Source: Phycisphaerales bacterium (GTDB lineage: Bacteria > Planctomycetota > Phycisphaerae > Phycisphaerales > UBA5793). From it: DNA of 64,000 nucleotides. The DNA lies in the NCBI GenBank assembly GCA_026647365.1, contig JAPKGW010000011.1, positions 49,881-113,880 on the forward strand, given 5' to 3'. This document shows, piece after piece, positions 30,666-40,742 of this stretch; the stretch's first letter is position 1, and each line of letters starts with the position of its first letter. Below the pieces are notes generated by a model. The model did no database searches. It was not told the DNA's origin and saw only the letters and a program-made list of their open reading frames with translations. The position numbers were made by a program, and so were the translations under genes.

Positions 30666-31057
30666 GATACCCCCTGGGACGAAACGCCCCTCTGCATCGT
30701 GATCCACTTCGCCCTGCAAACGACATGGCAGGCGCGAACGTGGGGTGCGGTTGCGAGTCGATCCCCTCCCTCACGGAGGGCGCGGATCAACTGATCATCT
30801 GGCTTGAGGAAGCAGCGGCCGTTGTGGCGCATTGCTGATGCTGACCGGCTGCGCGAGTCACGATCGCGCAACGCTCCCTCGCAGTCTGCCTCTCTCCTCT
30901 GTCGAGCCGCGAACTTGCGCCGCGCCTCGGCCCCCCTTCAGTTGGTGCAGATTTTCCCCTATTTTGCGTCGATGGCAAGCGACACGGAAAAGAACTTTCT
31001 TCATTCATCGTGCGACATGCACGACACTTTCCCAAAGCGCCAAATCCACCGCTGCCT

Positions 31058-32311
31058 ATGATCCACTACACGATGCAGCAAGCCGATGTGGCGATCGTTG
31101 GAGCGGGCGCAGCTGGTCTCATGGCGGCAATCTGGGCAGGAAGGGCAAACCTGCAAGGCGCCAACGCGCGACGTATTGCACTCATTGACAGCGCGAAACG
31201 GCTCGGCGCAAAGATTCTCGTCTCAGGAGGTGGACGATGCAACATCACCCATGATCGCGTCGAGGCCACCGCCTTCGCCGGTTCAACACCTGGTGCGATC
31301 CGGAAAGTCCTTTCAAGGTTCGATGAGGCGAGAACGGCCGACTTCTTTCGCAATCTCGGCGTCGAAATCAAGGTGGAGGCGAACGGCAAGATCTTTCCGG
31401 CCTCCGACCACGCCTCCACCGTTCTCGAAGCGTTGCTGGCGGAGGTCAAGCGCGTCGGCGTCTCAATTGTCCATCCCTTTCGCGTCGAACAGGTCAGACA
31501 TGAGGCGGATGGTTGCTTCGCCGTTGCCGGCGCCGGGGGCTGTTGGACCGCGAGGCGGCTTATTCTTGCCACAGGGGGACGAAGTCTGCCCAGGACAGGC
31601 TCAGATGGCCATGGCTACTCACTCGCGCGAGGTCTCGGCCACTCGCTTACGCCACGAATCTTCCCCGCGCTTGTGCCGCTCACACTCCCGCAGGGGCACT
31701 TCATCCGCTCACTGAGCGGGCTGACGCTCCCCGCGACACTCGAAGTGCGCTCAGGAACCGGGCGGCGCCTCATTGCCTTTACCGACTCGACGCTCTGTAC
31801 GCACTCCGGCCTGTCCGGGCCGTCGGTGCTCGACATAAGCCGCTACTACCTCGACGCGTACTTTGAGGATCCTGCGACAACTCTGGTCATCAACTGGATG
31901 CCGGGCGAGACCATCGAGTCGATCGACCGGATGCTGCAGGCGCGCGACGACCGGAGCGTCATCGGCCTGCTGCGCGGACGGCTGCCGGAGCGGCTGGCGC
32001 GGGCGTTGTGCCTGGAGGCTCGTGTCGAATCGTCGGAACCTGTCAGCCGCCTCCCCCGCGAAGCGCGCAGGTCCCTGGCCCGGACGATCGGCGGGATGAC
32101 CTTGCCGATTGCGGGCGACCGAGGTTTCAGCGCGGCTGAGGTGACGGCGGGCGGCGTGCCCCTTCGCGAACTGAACCTGTCCACGATGGAGTCGCGTCGC
32201 TGCCCCGGCCTGTATCTCTGCGGGGAGATCTGCGACGTCGACGGCCGCATCGGCGGATACAACTTTCAATGGGCATGGTCGAGCGGCTATGTCGCCGGAG
32301 TTTCAGTCTGA
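31058..32311 (+). CDS. HI0933/BaiN-family FAD-dependent flavoprotein
   Basis: DVAIVGAGAAGLMAA dinucleotide fold, ILVSGGGRCNITH, and C-terminal GEICDVDGRIGGYNFQWAWSSG are typical of the family. Confidence 0.8.
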   Translation: MIHYTMQQADVAIVGAGAAGLMAAIWAGRANLQGANARRIALIDSAKRLGAKILVSGGGRCNITHDRVEATAFAGSTPGAIRKVLSRFDEARTADFFRNLGVEIKVEANGKIFPASDHASTVLEALLAEVKRVGVSIVHPFRVEQVRHEADGCFAVAGAGGCWTARRLILATGGRSLPRTGSDGHGYSLARGLGHSLTPRIFPALVPLTLPQGHFIRSLSGLTLPATLEVRSGTGRRLIAFTDSTLCTHSGLSGPSVLDISRYYLDAYFEDPATTLVINWMPGETIESIDRMLQARDDRSVIGLLRGRLPERLARALCLEARVESSEPVSRLPREARRSLARTIGGMTLPIAGDRGFSAAEVTAGGVPLRELNLSTMESRRCPGLYLCGEICDVDGRIGGYNFQWAWSSGYVAGVSV

Positions 32312-32412
32312 TTGAAGGGGGTGCAGCCTAGAGGACACGGCGTTTCTCCAATCACCAATCACCGAGAACGAACGGTGTGAGGTCGGCGACGAGTGACCCT
32401 CGCCTCGCCCAG

Positions 32413-32503
32413 AATAAACGGGACAGGTACATTTATTTCTGCCCAAAAACACTGCATAACTCCTTGATAATCAAAGACATAAAATGTACCTGTCCCGTTT
32501 GTC
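32413..32503. repeat. AT-rich ~92-nt palindromic element, copy A (MITE-like or structured RNA)
   Basis: The terminal inverted repeats aaacgggacaggtacatttat / ataaaatgtacctgtcccgttt enclose a ~40-nt core. Its reverse complement is near-identical to 55333-55425. Confidence 0.75.
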
Positions 32504-32602
32504 TCTCCAACTTCCATGACACGATCATGGTCTGTACCCGATCGACGGCGTCATGCGGCGGGCGTCGCGGCAGCGAACTACCATCGTGCCGACGCGCGGC
32601 GC

Positions 32603-33541
32603 ATGGTTCAACACTCGAACCCATCCCTGGCGACGAATCTGTGCGGAATCACGCTCCGCAACCCGGTCGTTCTCGCCGCGGGAACCTGCGGATACGTTGA
32701 TGAGATGGCCGATGTGCTCGACCTGTCGCGGATCGGCGCCATCGTGACCAAGTCGATCACTGCCGAGAAGCGGGACGGCAATCGACCAGCGCGGATTCTC
32801 GATGCGCCGGCAGGGATGCTCAACGCCATCGGCCTGGCGAACAAGGGACTCGAAGCCTTCCTGCGCGACGAGGTGCCGCGCGCTGCCGCGAGTCCGGCCG
32901 TCATCATCGGCTCGGTCGCCGGCAACTCCATCGCCGACTACGTGAGAATCGCCTCCGCCTTCGATGCCTCGCCCCACCTGCGCGCCATCGAGCTCAACGT
33001 CAGTTGCCCGAATACAGCCGACGGACTGATCTTCGGCGATGACCCGGCTTCACTTCGTTCTCTGCTGGCCGAGGTTCGGCCCGCGGTGACTCGCTCGACG
33101 CTGATCGTCAAGCTCGGCCCCAACGCGTCATCGATCGTGAAACTCGCGGCCGCTGCGGTCGAAGGCGGCGCCGATGCCCTGACACTCATCAACACCTTCA
33201 CGGCCCTGGCGATCGACGTGCACACGCGCCGGCCGCGCCTCTCCAACGGAACGGCCGGGTACAGCGGGCCGGGCATTCATCCCATCGCCGTGCGGATGGT
33301 GCACGACGTCTACCGAAACGTCGCGAGTGAGGCCGGCGTGCCGCTCATCGGCCTCGGCGGCGTGATGCGGTGGGAGGATGCAGCCGAGTTCATCCTCGCC
33401 GGAGCGACCGCGGTCGGCATGGGCACGGCACTTTTCGTCGATCCGCGACTGCCTCTCAAGGTCGTGCACGGCCTGGAGCGATGGGTAGACAAGCAAGGCT
33501 GCCGCAACATCAGCGAACTGACCGGGTGCGTGATGATGTAG
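32603..33541 (+). CDS. pyrD: Dihydroorotate dehydrogenase, class 1 catalytic subunit
   Basis: NPVVLAAGT, GAIVTKSIT, MLNAIGLANKG and IELNVSCPNT. Start taken at ATG 32603. Confidence 0.85.
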   Translation: MVQHSNPSLATNLCGITLRNPVVLAAGTCGYVDEMADVLDLSRIGAIVTKSITAEKRDGNRPARILDAPAGMLNAIGLANKGLEAFLRDEVPRAAASPAVIIGSVAGNSIADYVRIASAFDASPHLRAIELNVSCPNTADGLIFGDDPASLRSLLAEVRPAVTRSTLIVKLGPNASSIVKLAAAAVEGGADALTLINTFTALAIDVHTRRPRLSNGTAGYSGPGIHPIAVRMVHDVYRNVASEAGVPLIGLGGVMRWEDAAEFILAGATAVGMGTALFVDPRLPLKVVHGLERWVDKQGCRNISELTGCVMM

Positions 33542-33596
33542 TAGGATGAGGCGTTGACCGCGCGATTGCCGCGCATTGAATCAGCCGGAGAGAATC

Positions 33597-34865
33597 ATGA
33601 CCCCTGGGCATGGCGACAACCTGATCCACCGGCCTGCCGCTCGTCTCGCGCTTGAGGACGGCACGGTCTTCCGAGGCCGCGCCTTCGGTGCGACGGCCGA
33701 TGCCGCAGGCCGCCCTCTCACCATCGCCGGCGAGGTCGTCTTCAACACGGCCATGACGGGCTACCAGGAAGCACTCACCGACCCCTCCTACGCCGGACAG
33801 ATCCTCGCAATGACGGCGCCGCTCATCGGCAACTACGGCGTCAACGAGGAGGACATGGAGTCGAAAACCGTTCAGGCGGCCGCCTTCGTCGTGCGCGAAC
33901 TCAGCCGCGTGAGGAGCAACCACCGTGCGACCGTTGATCTCTCGACCTGGCTGGCTCGTGCGGGCGTGCCTGGGATTGAGGGGATCGACACTCGCGCCCT
34001 CACGCGAAGGCTGCGAATCGAGGGCGCGATGCGAGGCATCCTGAGCACTGACGACTCGCTCACCGACGCCCTTCTCGTGGAGCGCGCGCGATCCAGCCCA
34101 TCGATGGCCGGAGCCAACCTCGTCACGAAAGTCAGTGCCCGCCAGCCCTACGCATGGGAGGAGAATCTCGGCGTCTGGGCCAGGATGACCGACGATGTGC
34201 GCCTTGCCGACCCTCGCCGCCGCCGCCGCATCGTCGCCCTCGACTGCGGCGCCAAACAGAACATCCTGAGGCATCTCACCGAGCGCGGCTGCGAGGTGAT
34301 GGTCCTTCCCCACAGCGCTTGCGCCGACGACATTCGCAGACTCAAGCCCGACGGTCTGTTTGTGAGCAACGGCCCGGGCGACCCGGCGGCGGTGAACGCA
34401 ACGATCGCCACTCTTCGCGAGATCGCCGGCGAGGTGCCGACTTTCGGCATCTGCCTCGGGCATCAACTCCTGTGCCTGGCGCTGGGCGCGACGACATACA
34501 AACTCAAGTTCGGACACCGCGGCGCGAACCAGCCCGTCAAGAACCTCCTCACCGGCCATGTTGAGATCACGAGCCAGAACCACGGCTTCGCCGTCGAGAC
34601 GGCATCCATGACGGGGGCGGACTGCGAGCCGACGCACGTGAACCTCAACGACGGCACGCTGGCGGGCTTCCGGCACCTCAGCAAGCCGATCTTCGCCGTG
34701 CAGTACCACCCCGAAGCCTCGCCCGGCCCGCACGACGCCGCATACCTCTTTGACTGCTTCCTCCTGATGATCGAGTCGGGCCGGCCGATCAGCGCCGAGC
34801 AAATGCGCCGGGCATGGGAGGCGGCCCAGCCGGGCGCTGCGGCGCCTCGCCCGGCACACGTGTGA
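33597..34865 (+). CDS. carA: Carbamoyl-phosphate synthase small (glutaminase) subunit
   Basis: N-terminal CPSase_sm domain (LEDGTVFRGRAFGA, TDPSYAGQIL) and GATase triad region FGICLGHQLL, NHGFAV, VQYHPEASPGPHD. Confidence 0.9.
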   Translation: MTPGHGDNLIHRPAARLALEDGTVFRGRAFGATADAAGRPLTIAGEVVFNTAMTGYQEALTDPSYAGQILAMTAPLIGNYGVNEEDMESKTVQAAAFVVRELSRVRSNHRATVDLSTWLARAGVPGIEGIDTRALTRRLRIEGAMRGILSTDDSLTDALLVERARSSPSMAGANLVTKVSARQPYAWEENLGVWARMTDDVRLADPRRRRRIVALDCGAKQNILRHLTERGCEVMVLPHSACADDIRRLKPDGLFVSNGPGDPAAVNATIATLREIAGEVPTFGICLGHQLLCLALGATTYKLKFGHRGANQPVKNLLTGHVEITSQNHGFAVETASMTGADCEPTHVNLNDGTLAGFRHLSKPIFAVQYHPEASPGPHDAAYLFDCFLLMIESGRPISAEQMRRAWEAAQPGAAAPRPAHV

Positions 34866-35092
34866 ACGCGGCTCCCGCCCACAGGGGCCGGAAGACAAAG
34901 ATTCTCCCTGCTCTCAGGTATTGACCTGCTTTCATCTCGCCGATGGACATTCCTATAGTTGCGGATCGCTCGGCCTGCGAGGGCCGAACGACCGGACGAC
35001 CCGACGGCCGTTCGACCGCCTGCTCACCGTCCGGAGCCATCACCCGTTCATTTTCGAACCCGCACCGAACGCGCCGAAGGACGCTGCATTCC

Positions 35093-36997
35093 ATGAACAA
35101 GCCAGCCACGGAGGCGGTACATCACACCGGAACCGAAACACTCGAGAGCGCCGTCATCCGGTTCTGCGGCGACTCGGGCGACGGAATGCAGTTGACGGGA
35201 ACGCAGTTCACAACGACGAGCGCGATCTTCGGCAACGACGTGGCGACCTTCCCCGATTTCCCGGCCGAGATCCGCGCCCCGGCGGGCACTCTGCCGGGCG
35301 TGTCGGGATTCCAGGTCAACTTCGCCGCCACCGACATCTACACGCCCGGCGACAAGGTCGACGTCCTCGTCGCCATGAACCCCGCGGGCCTCAAGACCAA
35401 CATCGCTGACCTGCGCGGGGGCGGCATTCTCATCGTCAACGAAGACGCCTTCAACACCAACAACCTCAAGAAGGCCGGCTACTCGCGCAACCCGCTCGAT
35501 GACGGCTCGCTCAAGGACTACAAACTCTACAGGATTCCGATCTCGCGCCTTTGCGAAGAATCTCTTGCCGACACCGGCATGGGCGCCAAGGCCATCGGCC
35601 GCGCCAAGAACATGTACACGCTCGGCATCGTGTACTGGCTCTTTGACCGCTCGCTCGAGCCGACCATCCGCCACCTCACCGACCTCTTCGCGAAGAAGAA
35701 GAACCAGCCCGAACTGGCGGAACTGAACATCAAGGCGCTCAAGGCCGGCTACTACATGGGTGAGACGGCGGAGATGTTCCAGAACCGCTACGTCGTCCCC
35801 AAGGCGAAACTCACGCCGGGCAAGTACCGCCAGATCTCCGGCAACGAAGCGACGGCGCTGGGTCTCATCGCCGGCGCCCGCCTCGCAAAGAAAACGCTGA
35901 CTTACGCCGGCTATCCCATCACGCCCGCTTCGGACATCCTCCACTTCCTCAGCGCGCATAAGAACTACCACGTCAAGACTCTGCAGATGGAAGATGAAAT
36001 TGCGGCCGTGTGCGCCGCCATCGGCGCGTCATACACCGGCGACATCGCGGTCACGGGCACTTCAGGCCCCGGCATGGCGCTCAAGGGTGAAGGCATCGGC
36101 CTGGCCGTCATGACCGAACTGCCTCTGGTCATTGTCGACGTGCAGCGCGGCGGACCGAGCACCGGACTGCCCACCAAGACAGAACAGGCCGACCTCCTCC
36201 AGGCCGTCTACGGACGCAACAGCGAGTGCCCCTGCGTGGTGCTTGCGGCCAAGAGTCCGGGCGACTGCTTCGACGCGGCGGTCGAGGCCGTCCGCCTCGC
36301 CACGAAGTACATGACACCGGTGATTCTTCTCACCGACGGGTACATCGCCAACGGCGCCGAGCCGTGGCTGCTGCCCAAGGTCAGCGCACTCAAGCCCATC
36401 GAAATCAAGCATCCAACACAGTTCAACGCCCACAGCGACGAAGCAGAGGGCGAAGGCCCCAACACCTACTGGCCCTATCTCCGCAACGAGAATCTCGCTC
36501 GCCCGTGGGCCATCCCCGGCACCCCCAACCTCGAGCATCGCGTCGGCGGGCTGGAAAAGGCGGAGAACACCGGCAACGTCAGTTACGACCCGCTCAATCA
36601 CCAGCGCATGGTCGATCTGCGCCTCGCCAAGGTGAACAAGGTTGCGCAGGACATCCCTCCCACAGAGATTCAGGGCAACAAGAGCGGCGATGTGCTGCTC
36701 ATCGGCTGGGGCGGAACCTACGGCTCGATCCACGCCGCCACCGAGCGCCTGCTCAACCACGGACACAAGGTCGGCACCGTCCACCTGCGCTACATCAATC
36801 CTCTGCCGCCCGATCTCGGCGACATCATCAAACGGTTCAGGACCATCATCGTGCCCGAACTGAACAAGGGGCAACTCATCCGCGTCATCCGCGATCGATT
36901 CCTCGTGAATGCGCAGGGCATCAACAAGGTGCAGGGCAAGCCCTTCCTCATCGCCGAACTTGTGGCCGAGGTTGAAAACTTCCTCTCGAAGAAGTAA
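35093..36997 (+). CDS. korA: 2-oxoglutarate/2-oxoacid:ferredoxin oxidoreductase alpha (fused gamma-alpha) subunit
   Basis: N-terminal gamma-like domain (RFCGDSGDGMQLTG), alpha domain GYPITPASDIL, and C-terminal LRYINPLPPDL...IIVPELNKGQL. Confidence 0.85.
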   Translation: MNKPATEAVHHTGTETLESAVIRFCGDSGDGMQLTGTQFTTTSAIFGNDVATFPDFPAEIRAPAGTLPGVSGFQVNFAATDIYTPGDKVDVLVAMNPAGLKTNIADLRGGGILIVNEDAFNTNNLKKAGYSRNPLDDGSLKDYKLYRIPISRLCEESLADTGMGAKAIGRAKNMYTLGIVYWLFDRSLEPTIRHLTDLFAKKKNQPELAELNIKALKAGYYMGETAEMFQNRYVVPKAKLTPGKYRQISGNEATALGLIAGARLAKKTLTYAGYPITPASDILHFLSAHKNYHVKTLQMEDEIAAVCAAIGASYTGDIAVTGTSGPGMALKGEGIGLAVMTELPLVIVDVQRGGPSTGLPTKTEQADLLQAVYGRNSECPCVVLAAKSPGDCFDAAVEAVRLATKYMTPVILLTDGYIANGAEPWLLPKVSALKPIEIKHPTQFNAHSDEAEGEGPNTYWPYLRNENLARPWAIPGTPNLEHRVGGLEKAENTGNVSYDPLNHQRMVDLRLAKVNKVAQDIPPTEIQGNKSGDVLLIGWGGTYGSIHAATERLLNHGHKVGTVHLRYINPLPPDLGDIIKRFRTIIVPELNKGQLIRVIRDRFLVNAQGINKVQGKPFLIAELVAEVENFLSKK

Positions 36998-37078
36998 GTG
37001 CGGTCGCAGAGTCCACGTCAATCGTCCACAGCAATCGGCCGTCGAACGGCCGGCCGAAAACCCGAATCGAGACCTCAC

Positions 37079-38104
37079 ATGACGCAGATCGAACTTCCCA
37101 AGTACTCCGCCAAGGACTTCGCGACCGATCAGGAAGTGCGCTGGTGCCCGGGCTGCGGCGACTACGCCATCCTCGCCGCCGTGCGAAAGGTCCTCCCCGA
37201 ACTCAACCACCGCAAGGAGAATTACGTCTTCGTGTCGGGCATCGGCTGTTCGAGCCGCTTCCCGTACTACATGGGAACCTACGGAATCCACGGGATTCAC
37301 GGCCGCGCGCCCGCCATCGCCACAGGCGTCAAGGCGGCCAACCCGAACCTCGACGTCTGGCTCGTCACGGGTGACGGCGACGGCCTCTCCATCGGCGGCA
37401 ATCACCTCATGCACACGCTCCGCCGGAACGTCAACGTCAAGATACTCCTCTTCAACAACCGAATCTACGGCTTGACCAAGGGGCAGTATTCCCCCACCAG
37501 CATCACCGGACACAAGACCAAGTCCACGCCGATGGGCTCGATCGACCATCCGCTCCATCCCATCAGTTTTGCGATCGGAGTCGAGGCGACTTTCGTGGCG
37601 CGGTGCACGGACGTGAACAAGGGCGGTCTGAACATCCTCGGCGACGTCCTCAAGGCCGCCGCCAATCACCGCGGCAGCGCGTTCGTCGAAATCTACCAGG
37701 ACTGCAACGTCTTCAATCACCAGGCCTTCTTCTACGCCACCGAGAAAGACACCGCCCGCGAGACGACCGTTCTCCTCGAACACGGAAAGCCGCTCATCTT
37801 CGGCAACAACCGCGACAAGGGCATCCGCCTCAACTCCACGCGCCTCGAGGTCGTGAGCCTCGACAAGGTGAAGGAGGATGATCTGCTCTTCCACGATGAG
37901 ACCGATCCGGCCCTGGCGTTTCTCCTCAGCCGCATGCACCACACGCAGGGCCTGCCCGAGCCGGTGGGCGTCTTCTACCGCATCAACAAGCCCACCTACG
38001 AAGACATGCTCTCGGAGCAGGTCGAGAAGTCGATCGCCAGCCGCGGAGAAGGCGACCTCGAAAAACTGCTCCACACCGGCGACACCTGGACCGTCGGGGA
38101 ATAA
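37079..38104 (+). CDS. korB: 2-oxoglutarate/2-oxoacid:ferredoxin oxidoreductase beta (TPP-binding) subunit
   Basis: WCPGCGDYAIL, SGIGCSSRFPYY and TPP-Mg motif GDGDGLSIGGNH...NNRIYGLTKGQ. Confidence 0.9.
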   Translation: MTQIELPKYSAKDFATDQEVRWCPGCGDYAILAAVRKVLPELNHRKENYVFVSGIGCSSRFPYYMGTYGIHGIHGRAPAIATGVKAANPNLDVWLVTGDGDGLSIGGNHLMHTLRRNVNVKILLFNNRIYGLTKGQYSPTSITGHKTKSTPMGSIDHPLHPISFAIGVEATFVARCTDVNKGGLNILGDVLKAAANHRGSAFVEIYQDCNVFNHQAFFYATEKDTARETTVLLEHGKPLIFGNNRDKGIRLNSTRLEVVSLDKVKEDDLLFHDETDPALAFLLSRMHHTQGLPEPVGVFYRINKPTYEDMLSEQVEKSIASRGEGDLEKLLHTGDTWTVGE

Positions 38105-38204
38105 GCGGCGCGAAACGCACCGGGTCTCGTGGCACTGACGAACCGGGCCTGGCCCCGGCGCCTGGTGCCGGGATAGACCACTTCCCCAGCATCGCGGCCC
38201 GTCA

Positions 38205-39047
38205 TCAGAGGGTCGCTGTGGGCGCAGCGCTGAAGTGTTGCAGGCGGTCGCCGAGGCCCTGGTCGAGCAGGGACTCGACCTCGGACTCGGGATAGAAGAC
38301 CTCGAGCATCCAGGACAGATCGGGCGAAGCGCGGCGGGCGAGGAGGCGCGCGAGGCTCGGCCAGTCGATCGTGCCGTCGCCGGGCATGCGGTGGTTGTCG
38401 GTCGTGGTGTCGTTGTCGTGGGCGTGCAGGTAGGCCGCGACGTCGAGGCAGTCGCTCAGTTGAGACGCGACGCCGCCCAGTCGCGGCGCCTCGATGTGCG
38501 CGTGCCCGGTGTCGAAGCACATTCGCACGTGCGGCGACCCGAGTGAGCGGATCCACGACGCCAGCAGGGGTGCATCATAACCGATGCTGAAGAAGCCCGG
38601 GAGGTTCTCGACGAGGTAGATGACGTCGAGGCGCTCTCCGACCGTCGCAAGTCGCTCCATTGAATCGCGCAGGGCGGAGGCGCGGAGGGAGTCGATCGGT
38701 CCGCCGGCGGGCGCGCCTTCAGGCTTCATCCATGCGGGATGCACGACGACCATCGGCCCGCCCAGCGCCAGCGCCAGTTCGCCCTCGCGTTCGTAAACGT
38801 CCAGCGAGCGGCGGCGCTGTCCGCGATCGGGCGATGACGGATCGAGTCCGGCGCCGAAGAGGCCGTGAATGGAATCGAAGGTCATGTCGGCGCCGCGGAC
38901 CGTGTCGATGGCGGCGCCTGGCTCGATGGCGACACTCTCGTTGCGATAGAACTGCGCGCGAGTGCAGCCGGCCCGGCGGTAGGCGCGGAGGAAGCGGCCG
39001 GTGTCGAACTCGAAATTGAACGGCGCGGTGGTCGCCAGGCGTGCCAC
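38205..39047 (-). CDS. Sugar phosphate isomerase/epimerase (xylose-isomerase-like TIM barrel)
   Basis: VVVHPAW, YLVENLPG and MCFDTGHAHIE match the AP_endonuc_2-type metal-ligand pattern. Confidence 0.65.
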   Translation of the reverse strand: MARLATTAPFNFEFDTGRFLRAYRRAGCTRAQFYRNESVAIEPGAAIDTVRGADMTFDSIHGLFGAGLDPSSPDRGQRRRSLDVYEREGELALALGGPMVVVHPAWMKPEGAPAGGPIDSLRASALRDSMERLATVGERLDVIYLVENLPGFFSIGYDAPLLASWIRSLGSPHVRMCFDTGHAHIEAPRLGGVASQLSDCLDVAAYLHAHDNDTTTDNHRMPGDGTIDWPSLARLLARRASPDLSWMLEVFYPESEVESLLDQGLGDRLQHFSAAPTATL

Positions 39048-39139
39048 TGGTTGATCTCCGTGAGGCGGCCTGACCCCCTCAGTTCAGCCCCCGGGGTCCG
39101 CGTCAGTGTAGTGAGCCTGCCCCCGCCTGTGCAAGGGCC

Positions 39140-40186
39140 TCATCGAAGTTGCTCTCGGATCAGCGTGGCACGGGCTTCCGCACGCTCAGCCTGGTGCAGC
39201 GATTCGCCAAGCGTCTTCTGGAGGTGAGCGGGCTGCACAAGCATGAGCAGGCGGTCGATGGTCCGCGGATCGACCCCCTCGATGCGCCCCAGCTGCACGC
39301 CCAGGCGCAGGTGGCTGAGAAGGCGCAGGGCTTCGTCGAGCTTGAGCAGGCGGGCGCTGCGGAGGATGCCCAGGGCGCGATGGACGCGGTCATCAAGAAG
39401 AGAAAGGCGGCGCTCGACGAGCACGTGACGTGCACGGCGTTCGTACTCGACGACGCGCGGCATCACCCCTTCGTCGAACTCGCGGAGCAGTTGCGCTTCA
39501 CTCTTGCCGAGCGTCGTCTGGTTGGAGATCTGGAAGATGTCGCCGAGCGCCTCGGACCCTTCGCCGTAGAAGCCGCGGATCGCCAGCTGCATGTCCTGCG
39601 CGGCGCGGCGGACTCGCTCAATCTCCTTGGTGAGCATCAGGGCGGGCAGGTGGAGCATGATGCTCAGGCGAATGCCCGTGCCCACGTTCGTCGGGCAGGC
39701 CGTGAGATAGCCGAAGCGCGAGTGAAACGCGAACGGGAGTTTCTCGCCGAGTTGATCGTCGATGCGGTTTACTTCCGCCCATGCGTCCGCGGCTCTGCGC
39801 CCGCTGCGGATGACCTGGATGCGGAAGTGGTCCTCCTCGTTGATCATCAGGGAGAAGGATTCGTCCCGGTTGACGACGGCGGCGCGCGGCTGATCGCCGC
39901 GCGCGAGTTGCTTGGAGATGAGGTGGCGCTCGACGAGCAGGAGCGAGTCGAGCGCATCGAGGGACGCGACGTCGATCCAGAGGAGATCGCTGCGGCCGGC
40001 AAGGCCCAGGGCATGCTCGCGCGCGAGGGCGACGATCTGCTGCTTCTCGCCGCGGTCGGCGCGGTTCGCGAAGTTGAAGCCGGCGAGGTTGCGCGCGAGA
40101 CGCACGCGCGTGGAGATGACCACGTCGCCGTCGGGGCCGGTCCCGCGCAGCCATTCGCCCGTGGATGAATAGTCCAGGCCGATCAC
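39140..40186 (-). CDS. mcsB: Protein arginine kinase McsB (ATP:guanido phosphotransferase)
   Basis: Guanido-kinase active-site signature CPTNVGTGIRLSIMLHLPAL, VISTRVRLARNL and EEDHFRIQ. Confidence 0.85.
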   Translation of the reverse strand: MIGLDYSSTGEWLRGTGPDGDVVISTRVRLARNLAGFNFANRADRGEKQQIVALAREHALGLAGRSDLLWIDVASLDALDSLLLVERHLISKQLARGDQPRAAVVNRDESFSLMINEEDHFRIQVIRSGRRAADAWAEVNRIDDQLGEKLPFAFHSRFGYLTACPTNVGTGIRLSIMLHLPALMLTKEIERVRRAAQDMQLAIRGFYGEGSEALGDIFQISNQTTLGKSEAQLLREFDEGVMPRVVEYERRARHVLVERRLSLLDDRVHRALGILRSARLLKLDEALRLLSHLRLGVQLGRIEGVDPRTIDRLLMLVQPAHLQKTLGESLHQAERAEARATLIREQLR

Positions 40187-40728
40187 GACGGGGCAGCCTC
40201 CTCGCGATCGCCCGACTCGGGGCCGTCCGCCGCCTCGCCGGCGGCGCTGAGATTGAGGAGCTGGTCCCTGATCTGGGCGGCCCTCTCGTACTGCTCGGCC
40301 GTGAGGGCCTGCGCCAGTTCCTTGCGCAGGTGGCTCAGACGAAGGGTAATGTCGAGATGAGCGCGCGCGGGCGTCTTGCCGACGTGATGAGTCGCACCCT
40401 CGTGAATGCGCTCAAGCAGCGGTTCGAGCAACTTCTCAAAGGCGGTGTAACACTCGGGGCAGCCGAGCAGGCTGTGCTCGCGGAACTCTCCCCACGTCAG
40501 GCCGCAGGAAGTGCAGGCCAGCGAAGCAGGCGACTTCCGCCGCCCGGTCTTGGCGAGAACAATCTGGCTGAGCAGTTCCTGGGCGCCCTTGACGACTTTT
40601 CCCTCGATTCCCAACTTGTGCGCGCACTGCTCACACAGGTGCGTCTCGGAGAGCACCTTGCCATGCGAGGGCGTGTACTCGTGAATCGTCGCCTCTTCAC
40701 CGCAATGATCACAGCGATGGCCATTCAT
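40183..40728 (-). CDS. mcsA: McsA-like activator (Zn-finger plus UVR-motif protein)
   Basis: Cys pairs CDHCG...CEQC and CTSCG...CPECY, and a C-terminal UVR-like EQYERAAQIRDQL. There is a 4-nt ATGA overlap with mcsB. Confidence 0.7.
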   Translation of the reverse strand: MNGHRCDHCGEEATIHEYTPSHGKVLSETHLCEQCAHKLGIEGKVVKGAQELLSQIVLAKTGRRKSPASLACTSCGLTWGEFREHSLLGCPECYTAFEKLLEPLLERIHEGATHHVGKTPARAHLDITLRLSHLRKELAQALTAEQYERAAQIRDQLLNLSAAGEAADGPESGDREEAAPS

Positions 40729-40736
40729 CGTGAACG

Positions 40737-40742
40737 ATTATA
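40737..40742 (-). promoter_or_regulatory. Perfect TATAAT hexamer 8 nt upstream of the mcsA ATG (possible leaderless transcript)
   Basis: The minus strand reads cattcgTATAATcgttcacgATG. There is no Shine-Dalgarno between the hexamer and the ATG, and no convincing -35. Confidence 0.3.

Noticed and set aside
34921-34959. TTGACC and TATAGT hexamers upstream of korA, considered as a promoter.
   Set aside because: The two hexamers are 27 nt apart, which is far outside the 16-18-nt spacing required for a sigma70-type promoter.
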